Shown here: positions 63,485 to 64,000 of the stretch, piece after piece | Layout: the number at the start of each line of letters is the position of its first letter | How positions within the stretch are numbered: position 1 is the stretch's first letter | Assembly: GCA_963706575.1 (NCBI GenBank) | Contig: CAVPNL010000006.1 | Span: 704,001 to 768,000 of the forward strand | Source of the DNA: an uncultured delta proteobacterium | Lineage (GTDB): Bacteria > Desulfobacterota > Desulfobacteria > Desulfobacterales > JAHEIW01 | Direction of reading: 5' to 3' | DNA: 64,000 nucleotides | Program-made: the position numbers and the translations under genes | Notes under the pieces: model-generated | The model's database searches: none | What the model saw: only the letters and a program-made list of their open reading frames with translations | What the model was told of the DNA's origin: nothing

Positions 63485-63689
63485 TTAGCAACAACCCTTA
63501 CGGGTTTTGCGATCGGCTCTTCGAGCCTTGAGGAGCGTTCCTTCGGAACTTTAGGTTGGAGGCGAGAAAAAACTCGAGCGAAGCGCTCCTCAAGCGAAGC
63601 GAAATTAATTTGCTGAGCGATCCTCAAGCCTCTCGCCGATACGGCGTGAGGCGGTCCTAAAACAACGCGCAGCGTTATCGGAGTTTACC

Positions 63690-64000
63690 ATGGCAGAATC
63701 CACTAATATTGTTCGTGTCAGCGAAGTTTACAAGACATTTCAACTCGGCAAGGTTGAGGTCGAGGCGCTCAAGGGGGTAAACCTCGCGATTGCCCGTGGC
63801 AATTATATTTCCATTATGGGACCCTCCGGCTCCGGCAAAAGTACGCTGTTTAATATGATCGGCGGCCTGGATAAGCCCAGTTCGGGGAAGGTGTTCATTG
63901 ATGAGGTTGACATCGCCCAGCTGGACGCCTATGAATTGGCCTGGCTGCGCTGCCGCAAGATTGGTTATATATTTCAAACGTTTAACATTATTCAGGTCAT
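63690..64000 (+). CDS. MacB/LolD-type ABC ATPase (3' end outside the window; not in the ORF track)
   Basis: MAESTNIVRV...VEALKGVNL...IMGPSGSGKSTLFNMIGGLD. Confidence 0.88.
   Translation, partial: MAESTNIVRVSEVYKTFQLGKVEVEALKGVNLAIARGNYISIMGPSGSGKSTLFNMIGGLDKPSSGKVFIDEVDIAQLDAYELAWLRCRKIGYIFQTFNIIQV

Overview
A 64-kb chromosomal segment that looks like a sulfate-reducing deltaproteobacterium (Desulfobacterales-like; inferred from gene content and repeat types only). From left to right it contains: (1) a thiol/selenol redox cluster at 1-6.4 kb with TrxB, a GcvH-like protein, PadR, a CobW-like GTPase, a small thioredoxin, an MIP channel, a degenerate B12-binding domain, and a tandem thioredoxin pair whose second member is an unannotated UxxC selenoprotein with a SECIS-like hairpin; (2) a cobamide uptake, salvage and remodelling region (OYE-type flavoprotein, cobO, cbiR, cobS, cobU, cobQ, tonB-exbD-exbB-btuB, btuDCF, cobT) controlled by three cobalamin riboswitches; (3) an ECF sigma/anti-sigma pair and a CbiMQO Co/Ni transporter; (4) a glycosylation locus with two TMTC-like TPR membrane proteins, a sulfotransferase, a GT2 and a UDP-sulfoquinovose synthase; (5) housekeeping genes argS, gatC/A/B and mutL, plus a porin; (6) a multi-glycosyltransferase operon and the start of an ABC exporter. 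The intergenic DNA is crowded with miniature repeats. The most striking are cassettes made of inverted arms of tandem 7-mers. Most enclose a conserved ~35-nt spacer, but one encloses a whole four-helix-bundle (23S-IVP/Avd-like) gene directly upstream of mutL, and mutL itself carries a perfect (GATTTCG)4 tract in frame. Many genes between 21 and 60 kb, including the essential argS, are broken by small indels that most likely reflect sequencing or assembly error. No rRNA, tRNA, CRISPR array or transposase was seen.
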